This document shows positions 33,429 through 42,372 of a stretch of DNA of 64,000 nt, piece after piece (position 1 is the first letter of the stretch; each line of letters begins with the position of its first letter). The notes beneath the pieces were generated by a model. That model ran no database searches. It worked only from the letters and a program-made list of their open reading frames with translations, and was not told the origin of the DNA. The position numbers were made by a program, and so were the translations under genes. The DNA comes from Bacillota bacterium (lineage in GTDB: Bacteria > Bacillota > JAAYKD01): the NCBI GenBank assembly GCA_963666425.2, contig OY762825.2, positions 32,001-96,000 of the forward strand, written 5' to 3'.

Positions 33429-33447
33429 TGTCAATTCAATTGCTCCG

Positions 33448-33476
33448 ATGGTAGCATACAATTCTGTTGGTGTCAA
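33448..33476 (-). promoter_or_regulatory. SigA promoter for the T-box leader
   Basis: TTGACA-N17-TACCAT with TG extension. Confidence 0.7.
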
Positions 33477-33545
33477 TATCTATTTTTTGCTTCGATATTG
33501 ATTGAACAGAGCTATCTTTGTTTTAATAAAAATAATTTCAAAAGG

Positions 33546-33575
33546 AAAGGAATCTTATTGCCAAGAGAGGAATTT
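33546..33575 (+). promoter_or_regulatory. SigH-like promoter, near-copy of 23822-23851
   Basis: AAAGGAATC-N12-GAGGAATTT. Confidence 0.4.
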
Positions 33576-34093
33576 AAAATAAAAAGAACGATATAATCAA
33601 ATTTTAAGGAATAGATACTAAATCAGACAAGAAGATAAACAAGCGAAGTAGCCATTATGCAATCATATAAGAGGATTTTCTGGGCTGAGATAGTTTCGAA
33701 CTAAAGTGATTGACTCAAAAAGCAATTAACTATTCCTCTCTTTGTGTTTATAAGAAAAATCAAATAAATCGAGGGGGATTCTAGTTGTAACATAAAAGTT
33801 TCTACTGTGCAAATTTTGATAAATAGGGAGTAATGAGATGGAGAATTGATATTTACGAATGTACCTATCCCAATCCACGCTTCTCTTGTGACCGAACAAA
33901 GAAAAAACAAAGATCTATATAAAAAATCATGAGATTTTTTGAAAAGTATTTTAGCATGGCTTGGATTTTTTGAAAAAAGGTGATTTGAATAAAATATCCT
34001 ATAGTTCTCTTCGAAAAAGAAAAAGGTTTTAAGGTTACGACAATACTCTTTCTTTCGGATGGTGGCTTTTCAGTTGTTGTTCCGTATCATAAT

Positions 34094-34867
34094 ATGGGAA
34101 AATGTATATTAATGAAAACACCTGTTGTATATAGAAGCCCAGAAACCGTCAAAGTGCCTCTAGACTCATTAATTCAAGAGTTTTACGCATCTCAGAGACC
34201 GAAGCTAAGCATCCATCATGATGGCTTCTGCCAGTTTTCATCAGATCTTCAGGGCTCAATTCGTTCAGGTAGAGATCCTGAAACAGGAGAACCTAAAGGA
34301 ATTGGTATATTTATTTCTCCATTGAATAAACCAATAACGACTGGACCAACATTTGGAATTAATTTATGGGGGTTAAATGATTTTAAGGCTTGGACTAATG
34401 TAAAAAAAGACGAAAGCCCGTTAAGGTTTCACGAGTACTATAGTCGTAAATCTGTTGCTACTACACATGATTCATATCTTATTGAAGGTTATCTTTTTCC
34501 TAAAAAAGAAGCAGGCCCCAATATTGTGATTTCAAATGGTAAATACTATTTGTCAGTTAGGCATAAAAATTTTGAAATTCCGGGGACTGTTTTCAGATAT
34601 TCTATTATTCCGGAGTTTAATAATGATTATTTAATTGGAATTATGGTTAGCAAATCTAAAGTGGGATTTAAAACAGAATCCGGCTTTTCGCTTGGAGGAC
34701 CTAGTCAAATTGTTGGATATGATAATATGGGACATCAAATTGGACATTCGCTAAATGCAATTTATCCCGTACCTGACACAGCATACTTACCTGAAATGAG
34801 TCTTGATTACGTGGCTAAAGAATGTCATGACGAGGTACTGAATGAAACTAAGTTGGAACCCCAATGA
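34094..34867 (+). CDS. Hypothetical protein (frame open from 33989; start uncertain)
   Basis: 257-aa AT-rich ORF with no family recognised. Confidence 0.6.
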   Translation: MGKCILMKTPVVYRSPETVKVPLDSLIQEFYASQRPKLSIHHDGFCQFSSDLQGSIRSGRDPETGEPKGIGIFISPLNKPITTGPTFGINLWGLNDFKAWTNVKKDESPLRFHEYYSRKSVATTHDSYLIEGYLFPKKEAGPNIVISNGKYYLSVRHKNFEIPGTVFRYSIIPEFNNDYLIGIMVSKSKVGFKTESGFSLGGPSQIVGYDNMGHQIGHSLNAIYPVPDTAYLPEMSLDYVAKECHDEVLNETKLEPQ

Positions 34868-35083
34868 TACGAGGTGTTATCTCTCTTTTCTATAACACTT
34901 TTTCGGATTTTGCTTTAAAAAACAATAAATTACGTAAGTGATAGTTACAGATAAGTAATGTATGGTGGGAAATTTAACTTGCACTGCTATTTTCAACTTA
35001 TGGAGAAAAAATTAAACTTATTGCAATATTTGACATTTCACGGTATTATTAAAATTTAAATAAAAAAGAAAGGATTTGCTATA

Positions 35084-35740
35084 GTGGCACTAATTATTTG
35101 CCCTGAATGTGGAAAAGAAAATGTAAGCGATTCTGCACCTACTTGCCCTAAATGTGGTTTTGCTATTAGAGAACACTTTGAAAATATTGAAAAAATAAGG
35201 ATTGCAAATGATCAGGAAATCCAAAAAAGGAAGCAAACTGAGGAAAAAAGGCTTAAGGATATTGAAAATGTAAAACAACAAGAGCGGCGAAGAATGGCAA
35301 GTATTACCATTCCTGAAAAACCAAGATTTCCTAAAGCTGCTTTCATAACCGGAAACATTTTTCTTATTATGGGTGGTTATTTATTGTATGACAGTAGTTT
35401 TTTCACTTTACTTTTAATTATAATTGGCTTGGTAATTTTAAGATATGGATATTCTTTATACAGCAAAAAGCAATCAGAGTATAAACTTGCCTTATCAAAT
35501 TTTGAAGAATATCAAAAACAAAAAATCAAAGAACAAGATGAAGCAGAAGCACAATTAAAACAAAATGCTAAAAATCGAATGGAAGCTGCTAACAACGTAC
35601 CCAAATGCCCATACTGCCATTCTATAAACATAAAATTCATATCAATGATAAATCGTTTGATAAGTGTAGGAATGGTTGGCATTGCAAGTTCTAAAATCGG
35701 TAAAACAATGGAATGTAGAAATTGTGGATATAAATGGTAA
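35084..35740 (+). CDS. Zinc-ribbon membrane protein
   Basis: CPECG..CPKCG, coiled coil, two TM helices, CPYC..CRNCG. Confidence 0.75.
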   Translation: MALIICPECGKENVSDSAPTCPKCGFAIREHFENIEKIRIANDQEIQKRKQTEEKRLKDIENVKQQERRRMASITIPEKPRFPKAAFITGNIFLIMGGYLLYDSSFFTLLLIIIGLVILRYGYSLYSKKQSEYKLALSNFEEYQKQKIKEQDEAEAQLKQNAKNRMEAANNVPKCPYCHSINIKFISMINRLISVGMVGIASSKIGKTMECRNCGYKW

Positions 35741-35884
35741 GTAAGAAACGATTTAGATTTTGATTCATTGACGAAATATGGAGAACTCATGCAAATACCC
35801 CTATCCCCGTAGCATTTTCCGCTTTTCAATATAAACAACACTTAGCTGTGATCCACTGACCTAAATAATACGAGGAGGGACAAT

Positions 35885-36436
35885 ATGGGAAACAGAACTG
35901 GAACCTATGTCGCCTTCGACGGATTGGGCGAAACTGACCCTACCAAGTCCGACTTTAGATACTATGCAACAATTCAGGCATGGTGTGCGAATAGTAAAAT
36001 TGAATTTAACATTGTAAACAGTCACGAAAAAACATATGCTGTCCGTGATTCAAGTTCAAAGGCTACTCTTTATGCTCGAATTCAGGAGCGATTGCGAGCA
36101 TCAAAGAATATGCTTGTCATTCTTACAAAAGACACACGCTATACAGGTAGCGTGCTTTCGTATGAAATTGAGCAGGCAATAGATAACTATCAGATACCGT
36201 TGATTATTGCGTATCCCAGTTTTTCATCGATACTCAACGTGGATTCTCACAGCGATATATGGCCAAAATCTCTTGCTGATCGCATCAACAGAGACAGTAC
36301 AGAGGCTATACATATCGCTTTCAAGAAAGACTGTATTTTAGATGCTATCTCACAATTTTCAGTAAACGGCAAGCACCTAAGTAATGGGAAGAATTACTAC
36401 GGTCGAGAAGCATACATCCAATGGAGATTAATATAA
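35885..36436 (+). CDS. TIR-domain protein, ThsB-like
   Basis: TYVAFD, NSHE, IQERLRASKNMLVIL and catalytic-type YEIEQA motifs. Confidence 0.8.
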   Translation: MGNRTGTYVAFDGLGETDPTKSDFRYYATIQAWCANSKIEFNIVNSHEKTYAVRDSSSKATLYARIQERLRASKNMLVILTKDTRYTGSVLSYEIEQAIDNYQIPLIIAYPSFSSILNVDSHSDIWPKSLADRINRDSTEAIHIAFKKDCILDAISQFSVNGKHLSNGKNYYGREAYIQWRLI

Positions 36437-36451
36437 TAGGGAGGATGCAAA

Positions 36452-37294
36452 ATGATGAGTAGCGTTAAGAAAATGATATCTTCACTTCCTAAAATCTTTA
36501 TTGACAGCTTAAAGGTTGCTTTCACGATACTTGGTGGGTTAAGTATTATTTTGAGTTTCACGGCGTTCTCACTTGATAGTGTGGGCAAACTGACTGCTCA
36601 AATTGGGGTGGTTATTTTTGTATACGTTATACTTGTTGTTGGAACGATGCGCGTGAAGCATAATCATACGAAAAACGGGATTACATTGAAAATACGCGGC
36701 ATAAAGGTCATTATTAAAGAGGGCGATATATTTACCGCTACTGGTTGGAAGCTGATCCCCTTCAATGAGCATTTCGACACTCAGGTGGACGATGTAATCA
36801 TTGCTCATAGCTCGCTTAACGGAAAATATATTGACTCTCTTTGCGATGATGATGTGAAAGCGCTAAATAGGGCTATTGCTGATGATAACAAAAGCCCTTT
36901 ACAGAGATATGATCCGTCCGATTGTGCAAAAATACGATATGAGTTGGGGACAATCAAGATCTTTCAAGAAGTTATGATGTTGGCCTTAACCCACTTCAAC
37001 GAGCAAAACGAGGCGCACACAAACCGAGCCGAATATGAACATACTCTTCGAAAGATGTGGAAAGAAATCCGCCGTACATACCAAGGAAAACCGATTAACA
37101 TTCCGCTAATCGGAGGTGGGTTAACACAACTCGACGATATGACGGAAAAGCCAAATGAGCAACTACTTAATTGTATTCTCTGTACTCTTCGAACGAGTAG
37201 CGTCACTTTTGACGAAAGTGTTCTTTTAACTATTATTCTTACGAAAAAGGCACTAGAAACGATAGACCTTTACGAATTAAAAGGAGAAAAATAA
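36452..37294 (+). CDS. Two-TM plus Macro-domain effector, type II ThsA-like
   Basis: Two N-terminal TM helices, then EGDIF, IPFNEHFDT, SLNG, YELGT and PLIGGG motifs. Confidence 0.8.
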   Translation: MMSSVKKMISSLPKIFIDSLKVAFTILGGLSIILSFTAFSLDSVGKLTAQIGVVIFVYVILVVGTMRVKHNHTKNGITLKIRGIKVIIKEGDIFTATGWKLIPFNEHFDTQVDDVIIAHSSLNGKYIDSLCDDDVKALNRAIADDNKSPLQRYDPSDCAKIRYELGTIKIFQEVMMLALTHFNEQNEAHTNRAEYEHTLRKMWKEIRRTYQGKPINIPLIGGGLTQLDDMTEKPNEQLLNCILCTLRTSSVTFDESVLLTIILTKKALETIDLYELKGEK

Positions 37295-37296
37295 TT

Positions 37297-37812
37297 ATGA
37301 CCTACAGAACAAGAACGTACATTGCGGCAGATTGGGACAATGACAAAGATGCAGTAGAAAAACTGCGTGAATGGAATGACGGTAAGAAATGGAGTTTATC
37401 GTTTACTGATGCCCACGACCTTACTCAGTCACGAGATGATAGCTTGAATTGTAGTATCAAAGCATCCCTTGCTTTAAGAATGGATGCTTCAAAGACATTT
37501 GTTTTGATTGTTAGCAATAATACGAAAAGCCGTAGAGCTGGAGAATGTACCTATTGCTCGAGTTTCAATAACGGCAAGTGTAAAACAGGGCATACTATCA
37601 ACAATGATAGTTTCATCGAATATGAGTGCAAAAAGGCAGTTCGTGACAGTGAAAATATCAAACTCGTTGTTCTATATAATGCTGCAACAGTGGATAAGAG
37701 TAAGTGTCCTGATGCTATTAAGGCTTACGGTACACATTCACCAATGCAAAAAATGGAAGATGGCAAACATTATTGGGATTATCAATCCGTTAAGACAGCA
37801 TTAGGGTTTTAA
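37297..37812 (+). CDS. TIR-domain protein, ThsB-like, with Cys/His insert
   Basis: TYIAADW, FTDAHD, IKASL..RMDASKTFVLIV and FIEYEC motifs. Confidence 0.78.
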   Translation: MTYRTRTYIAADWDNDKDAVEKLREWNDGKKWSLSFTDAHDLTQSRDDSLNCSIKASLALRMDASKTFVLIVSNNTKSRRAGECTYCSSFNNGKCKTGHTINNDSFIEYECKKAVRDSENIKLVVLYNAATVDKSKCPDAIKAYGTHSPMQKMEDGKHYWDYQSVKTALGF

Positions 37813-37961
37813 TAGGAGATGGCCCCTGGGGAGAAAGATGCAAAATTCTTTGCTTAAACATATAGAAAAGACTAAATTTTGTCAAAGAAATACAAAAAAC
37901 TAATTAGCAAATACCCTATTATTCGTAGTTTTTTTAATTTCGAAAACCCTAATTGTGGAGT

Positions 37962-38080
37962 GCGATTCTAAGAAACAGATTCTTGCTCTACTATTAAAGG
38001 ATTCGGATCTTCGCCTGCCGAAAGAAAAATTGTATTAATCTCTACCAAATCCATCGATTCTCGGTTTGGACTATGGTATT
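37962..38080 (-). pseudogene. Decayed 5' fragment of the D-2-hydroxyacid dehydrogenase gene
   Basis: 24 bp identical to 40884-40907; translates LSAGEDPNPL then, after a frameshift, ICFLES versus LSAGEDPIPL..ICFSES. Confidence 0.7.
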
Positions 38081-38134
38081 TCATGTGAAATATTCAGAGT
38101 TTTTTCAAAATAATGAATGGGAGGCATGCGTAAA

Positions 38135-39079
38135 ATGAGTGATTTATTCAAAGTAGCGAATCTTTCAGTTGAGCAGGGGAAGAAAATCCAAGGCTTTTTA
38201 AAAGTTTATAACAGTGAAGTAGAGATGCCAATTACCTTAATCAATGGTGCAAAACCAGGAAAAACTGTAGTAATTACCGGGGGAACCCACGGTGGTGAAT
38301 ATCCGGGTGTTGAAACGGCTATCCGGCTCGCATCCCAGTTGAATCCAGCGGAAATCAGCGGTAAAATCGCCATCGTTCATCCTGTCAATGTCAGAGCCTT
38401 TTTAGCCAAAACACAATATGTGGGCCCTGACGACGGGAAAAACCTCAACAGAATGTTCCCCGGAAATGCCACAGGTACTTTTACGGAACGAATCGCCTAT
38501 ACCATCACGACAGAACTCTTCTCCCAAGCTGATTTTTATATGGATTTGCATGGCGGAGATATTCATGAAGCACTGGTACCTTTTGTGATTTATTCGCTTG
38601 CAGGAAAGCCTGATGTTCAAAAAACATCAGAAGAAGCATCGGCCGCGATGGGAATCAAGTTTCTTGTCGGCTCCATGTCGGTCACCGGATCCTTTGGTTC
38701 GGCAGCTTCTTCGGGAATTCCGGGCTTTTTAGCGGAAATCGGGCAGTGTGGCTTATGGAACGAAGAAGAAGTTGGGATGTATCTTCGGGGAGTCAAAAAT
38801 GTCCTCAAGTACTTAGGAGTACTGCCGGGTAAACCGGAAAATTTGGGTTCCACCGTGATCCTGCCAAAGATGATTGGTTCTAACGCAGAACAAACCGGCT
38901 GTTGGTATCCAACCGTGAAACCGGGTGATTTGGTTGTGAAGGGGCAAAAGCTAGGGGAAATTCGTGATTATTTTGCGAATGTTCTCGGAGAGTATCTTGC
39001 TTCACAAGATGCGACCGTATTGTATGTTATCAGTTCGCTTGCGATCAATATCGGTGAACCGATTGTTGCGATCGGTTAG
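38135..39079 (+). CDS. Succinylglutamate desuccinylase/aspartoacylase (M14) family hydrolase
   Basis: GGTHGGE, NLNRMFPG and DLHGG motifs; biotinyl-like tail. Confidence 0.88.
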   Translation: MSDLFKVANLSVEQGKKIQGFLKVYNSEVEMPITLINGAKPGKTVVITGGTHGGEYPGVETAIRLASQLNPAEISGKIAIVHPVNVRAFLAKTQYVGPDDGKNLNRMFPGNATGTFTERIAYTITTELFSQADFYMDLHGGDIHEALVPFVIYSLAGKPDVQKTSEEASAAMGIKFLVGSMSVTGSFGSAASSGIPGFLAEIGQCGLWNEEEVGMYLRGVKNVLKYLGVLPGKPENLGSTVILPKMIGSNAEQTGCWYPTVKPGDLVVKGQKLGEIRDYFANVLGEYLASQDATVLYVISSLAINIGEPIVAIG

Positions 39080-39086
39080 GCTAGGG

Positions 39087-39755
39087 ACGCGGAACGGTCA
39101 AGACCGTTCCCTACCTTGCGTTATTTTGATTAATTAACAGGACGAATTAATTGAAAAGAATTAAGTGCGGAACGATTGAGAATGTTATGCAGTTGCGCGT
39201 AGGTAGGTTAACTCCGTACGAAAGAATGGCACGTTAAGTCGGAGAACGCGGAACGGTCAAGACCGTTCCCTACCTTGCGCATTGGTAAGGATTGAATAGG
39301 TTGAATCAATTAGTAAGAGTGAAGTACGGAACGGTTGAGAATGTTATGCAGTTGCGCGTAGGTAGGTTAACTCCGTACGAAAGAATGGCACGTTAAGTCG
39401 GAGAACGCGGAACGGTCAAGATCGTTCCCTACCTTGCGCATTGGTAAGGATTGAATAGGTTGAATCAATTAGTAAGAGTAAAGTACGGAACGATTGAGAA
39501 TGTTATGCAGTTGCGCGTAGTTAGGTTAACTCCGTAAGAAAGAATGGCACGTTAAGTCGGAGAACGCGGAACGGTCAAGATCGTTCCCTACCTTGCGCAT
39601 TGGTAAGGATTGAATAGGTTGAATCAATTAGTAAGAGTGAAGTACGGAACGGTTGAGAATGTTATGCAGATGCGCATAGTTAGGTTAACTCCGTAAGAAA
39701 GAATGCACGTTAATTTGGAGAACGCGGAACGGTCAAGACCGTTCCCTACCTTGCG
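39087..39755. repeat. Tandem array of 159-bp units, each starting with a GTAG-type REP hairpin (BIME-like)
   Basis: Units start at 39087, 39246, 39405, 39564 and 39722; each contains GGAACGGTC-AA-GA(C/T)CGTTCC-CTAC. Confidence 0.95.
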
Positions 39756-39795
39756 CTTTTGTGATTCATTGATAAGTGTAGAGTGAGGATCAGTT

Positions 39796-39838
39796 AAAAA
39801 AGAGGCTGCAGCTATTGTTCATAGCTGCGGCCTCTTTC
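39796..39838. terminator. Bidirectional terminator
   Basis: AAAGAGGCTGCAGCTAT-tgttc-ATAGCTGCGGCCTCTTT. Confidence 0.75.
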
Positions 39839-40047
39839 ATATACGATTACGATGCAAGATTTTTCTGCATTTATCTAGTGAGAATTTATCCTAATTATAC
39901 GGTGCAAGGTTTTTTTGCGTTTATACGATGAAAATTTACCCTATTTTACAAGACGAGTTTTCTCTCTTCATAGGGTGCAAGGACTACAAATTCATCAAGA
40001 GTGTTAGTAATGCACCTTAACCCGCTCTGACGCGTTCTAATTCGCCC

Positions 40048-40986
40048 TTAATACCCCAACTTGTAATCCACCAAACCACGCAGAGGTTCTTTTTTTAGAT
40101 AATGCTCCACATTTTCCACAAAAATCGCGGCGGCACGTTCGGTGTAGTCTTCCATGTCACCGGCTACATGCGGGGTCAAAATTACATTGTCCAGCTGCCA
40201 CAGTGGGCTGGAGACCGGCAGCGGTTCCACCTGGAAGACGTCCAGAGCGGCGGAAGCAATGCGTTTATTTTGCAAGGCAACAATCAAGGCTTCTTCGTCC
40301 ACTACCGGACCACGGGCAATGTTGATCAGGGAAGCGGTTGGTTTCATGGCGGCAATCGCGGCGGCGCTGACTAAGCCGGTGGTTTCGGGGGTTAAGGGGC
40401 AGCAAACGGCCACATAATCGGAAGCGGCCATAAAGTCAGTCAAATGGTCATTGTGATAAATACGTTCCACATGTTCGGCTGCTTTGTTGCTGTTGCGCAA
40501 GCCAATCACATGCATACCCAAAGCGGCGGCTTTGTCGGCCAGCACCTGCCCAATGCCACCCAAGCCAATGATGCCGAGTGTTTTGTCTTTCAGCATCGAC
40601 TGACCAAACTTCTGCCATTTGCTGGCCCGTTGGTTTTCCAGCACATAGGGTAATTTACGGTTCAAGGCAAACATCATGGCCAAGACATATTCGGAGATGC
40701 AGTCGCCGTGCATGCCACGTACGTTGGTCAAGAGAATCTTACGTTGTTCCAGTTCCTCCAGCGGAACATTGTTGACCCCGGCACTGGAGACCTGCAGCCA
40801 TTTCAAATGGGGGGCAGCCTGCAGCGAAGCGGCGGTAAAGCGCGATTCCGAGAAACAAATTTCCGTATTTTTCAATAGAGGAATCGGATCTTCGCCTGCC
40901 GAAAGAATAGTCAGATCGATATCCCCTAAACTTTTTAATTTGTCGGTCTGGGCTTTGGTCATGGGATGGTATGAGAGAATCTTCAT
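40048..40986 (-). CDS. D-2-hydroxyacid dehydrogenase family protein
   Basis: SAGV, GLGGIG, INIARG, LDVF..EP and TPHVAG motifs. Confidence 0.92.
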   Translation of the reverse strand: MKILSYHPMTKAQTDKLKSLGDIDLTILSAGEDPIPLLKNTEICFSESRFTAASLQAAPHLKWLQVSSAGVNNVPLEELEQRKILLTNVRGMHGDCISEYVLAMMFALNRKLPYVLENQRASKWQKFGQSMLKDKTLGIIGLGGIGQVLADKAAALGMHVIGLRNSNKAAEHVERIYHNDHLTDFMAASDYVAVCCPLTPETTGLVSAAAIAAMKPTASLINIARGPVVDEEALIVALQNKRIASAALDVFQVEPLPVSSPLWQLDNVILTPHVAGDMEDYTERAAAIFVENVEHYLKKEPLRGLVDYKLGY

Positions 40987-41056
40987 GTTGAAAACTCCTT
41001 TCCGTTGTGTTGTCACTTATTTCGAGTTATGAAGTAAAAAATCCTTTAAGGAGGGC

Positions 41057-42154
41057 ATGTCAATGAAAGAGAAACTGCGTAGTTATCTGAATAACCTAAT
41101 GCTGATTCCCGGTGTTTCCGGTCAGGAACAAAGAGTTGTCAAAGCCTTATATGAAAAATTCCTCCCGTTGGCCGATTCCGTGGAAGTGGATGCCTTTGGC
41201 AATCTGATTGCGGTCAAAAAAGGCAAAAAAGCTGGTCCGAGCCTGATGATCACGGCGCACAGTGACGAAATCGGCGCCATCGTCAAGAGCGTGGAAAAGA
41301 GCGGCTTCATCCGTTTTGAAAAAATCGGCGGCACCGTGGATTCCCTTTTACTGGGCAGACAAATTGGCATCAACGGCCATTTTGGTGTGGTCGGAGTCAA
41401 AGCCGGTCATTTGATGAGTGAGAAAGAGAAGAGCGAAGTCATCAAGCACCGCGATCTCTATATCGATATTGGCGCCAACAGCGACGCGGAAGTGGCTGAA
41501 ATGGGGATTAAAATCGGCGATCCCATTTATCAATGGCCTTATTTTCATAGTTTCACGAATACCGACCGGGTCTGCGGTAAGGCCCTGGACGATCGGATCG
41601 GCTGTGCTGCCATGTTGGTTTTATTCGAACAGCTGCAAACCACCGATTTCGCCGGAACCTTGTACGGCGTGATCACGGTGCAGGAAGAAGTGGGTCTGCG
41701 CGGTGCGACCATGGTCAGCAATCGGCTGATGCCCGATTTTGCCATCGCTTTGGATACCATGCCGGCCGGTGATACCCCGGATGTGAATTATATCAAAGAA
41801 CTGCCGGTTGCCATCGGCAAAGGTCCTGCCATTCAGGTCTTAAGCGGCAGTGGTGCCCGCGGTATGCTCTTAAATCCCATCATGAAGCATATCCTGATTC
41901 AGTGCTGCGAAAAAGCCGGTGTGCCTTATCAACAGACGGTGTTCATTGGCGGTAATACCGATGCCGCAGCCATTCATTTAGCCGGACACGGCATTGTCAC
42001 CGGCGCCTTAACCATTCCGCGCCGCTATTCTCATTCCCCCATTGAAGTAATGGATCTGAATGACGCAGCCGGCACGGTGGCGATTCTGCTGCAAATCGTC
42101 AAGGATATTCATCTGTATGCCAAGGTAAAGTTTATCGATACCATCGATTTATAA
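41057..42154 (+). CDS. M42 family aminopeptidase
   Basis: AHSDEIG, KALDDR, QEEVGLRGA and RYSHSP motifs. Confidence 0.92.
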   Translation: MSMKEKLRSYLNNLMLIPGVSGQEQRVVKALYEKFLPLADSVEVDAFGNLIAVKKGKKAGPSLMITAHSDEIGAIVKSVEKSGFIRFEKIGGTVDSLLLGRQIGINGHFGVVGVKAGHLMSEKEKSEVIKHRDLYIDIGANSDAEVAEMGIKIGDPIYQWPYFHSFTNTDRVCGKALDDRIGCAAMLVLFEQLQTTDFAGTLYGVITVQEEVGLRGATMVSNRLMPDFAIALDTMPAGDTPDVNYIKELPVAIGKGPAIQVLSGSGARGMLLNPIMKHILIQCCEKAGVPYQQTVFIGGNTDAAAIHLAGHGIVTGALTIPRRYSHSPIEVMDLNDAAGTVAILLQIVKDIHLYAKVKFIDTIDL

Positions 42155-42183
42155 AAACAAGCCGCCCGTAATTTTTAAAAAGC

Positions 42184-42223
42184 GCAGCCGATGAAAATAA
42201 TCAATTTCGTCGGCTGCTTTTTT
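42184..42223 (+). terminator. Intrinsic terminator
   Basis: GCAGCCGATGAAA/TTTCGTCGGCTGC followed by T6. Confidence 0.8.
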
Positions 42224-42372
42224 GTGTTGCAATGTGCTACAGGGAGAAAGAAGGAAAGGGCAGCACTGTTGTGGAAGTAATCTATATCGCGTACTTTTTT
42301 AGATTGTCGTGTTGCAGATGACCTGAAAATCGAAACAAACATTCGATTTTAGTATAAGAAATCAGATAAAGG

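Noticed and set aside
39087-39755. CRISPR array
   Set aside because: The intervening sequences are about 135 bp and near-identical rather than unique spacers; no cas genes in the window
39848-39950. Imperfect approx. 50-bp tandem duplication
   Set aside because: AT-rich and low identity; no function inferable
42331-42346. LexA (Cheo) box upstream of rnj
   Set aside because: Two mismatches to the GAAC-N4-GTTC core; too weak
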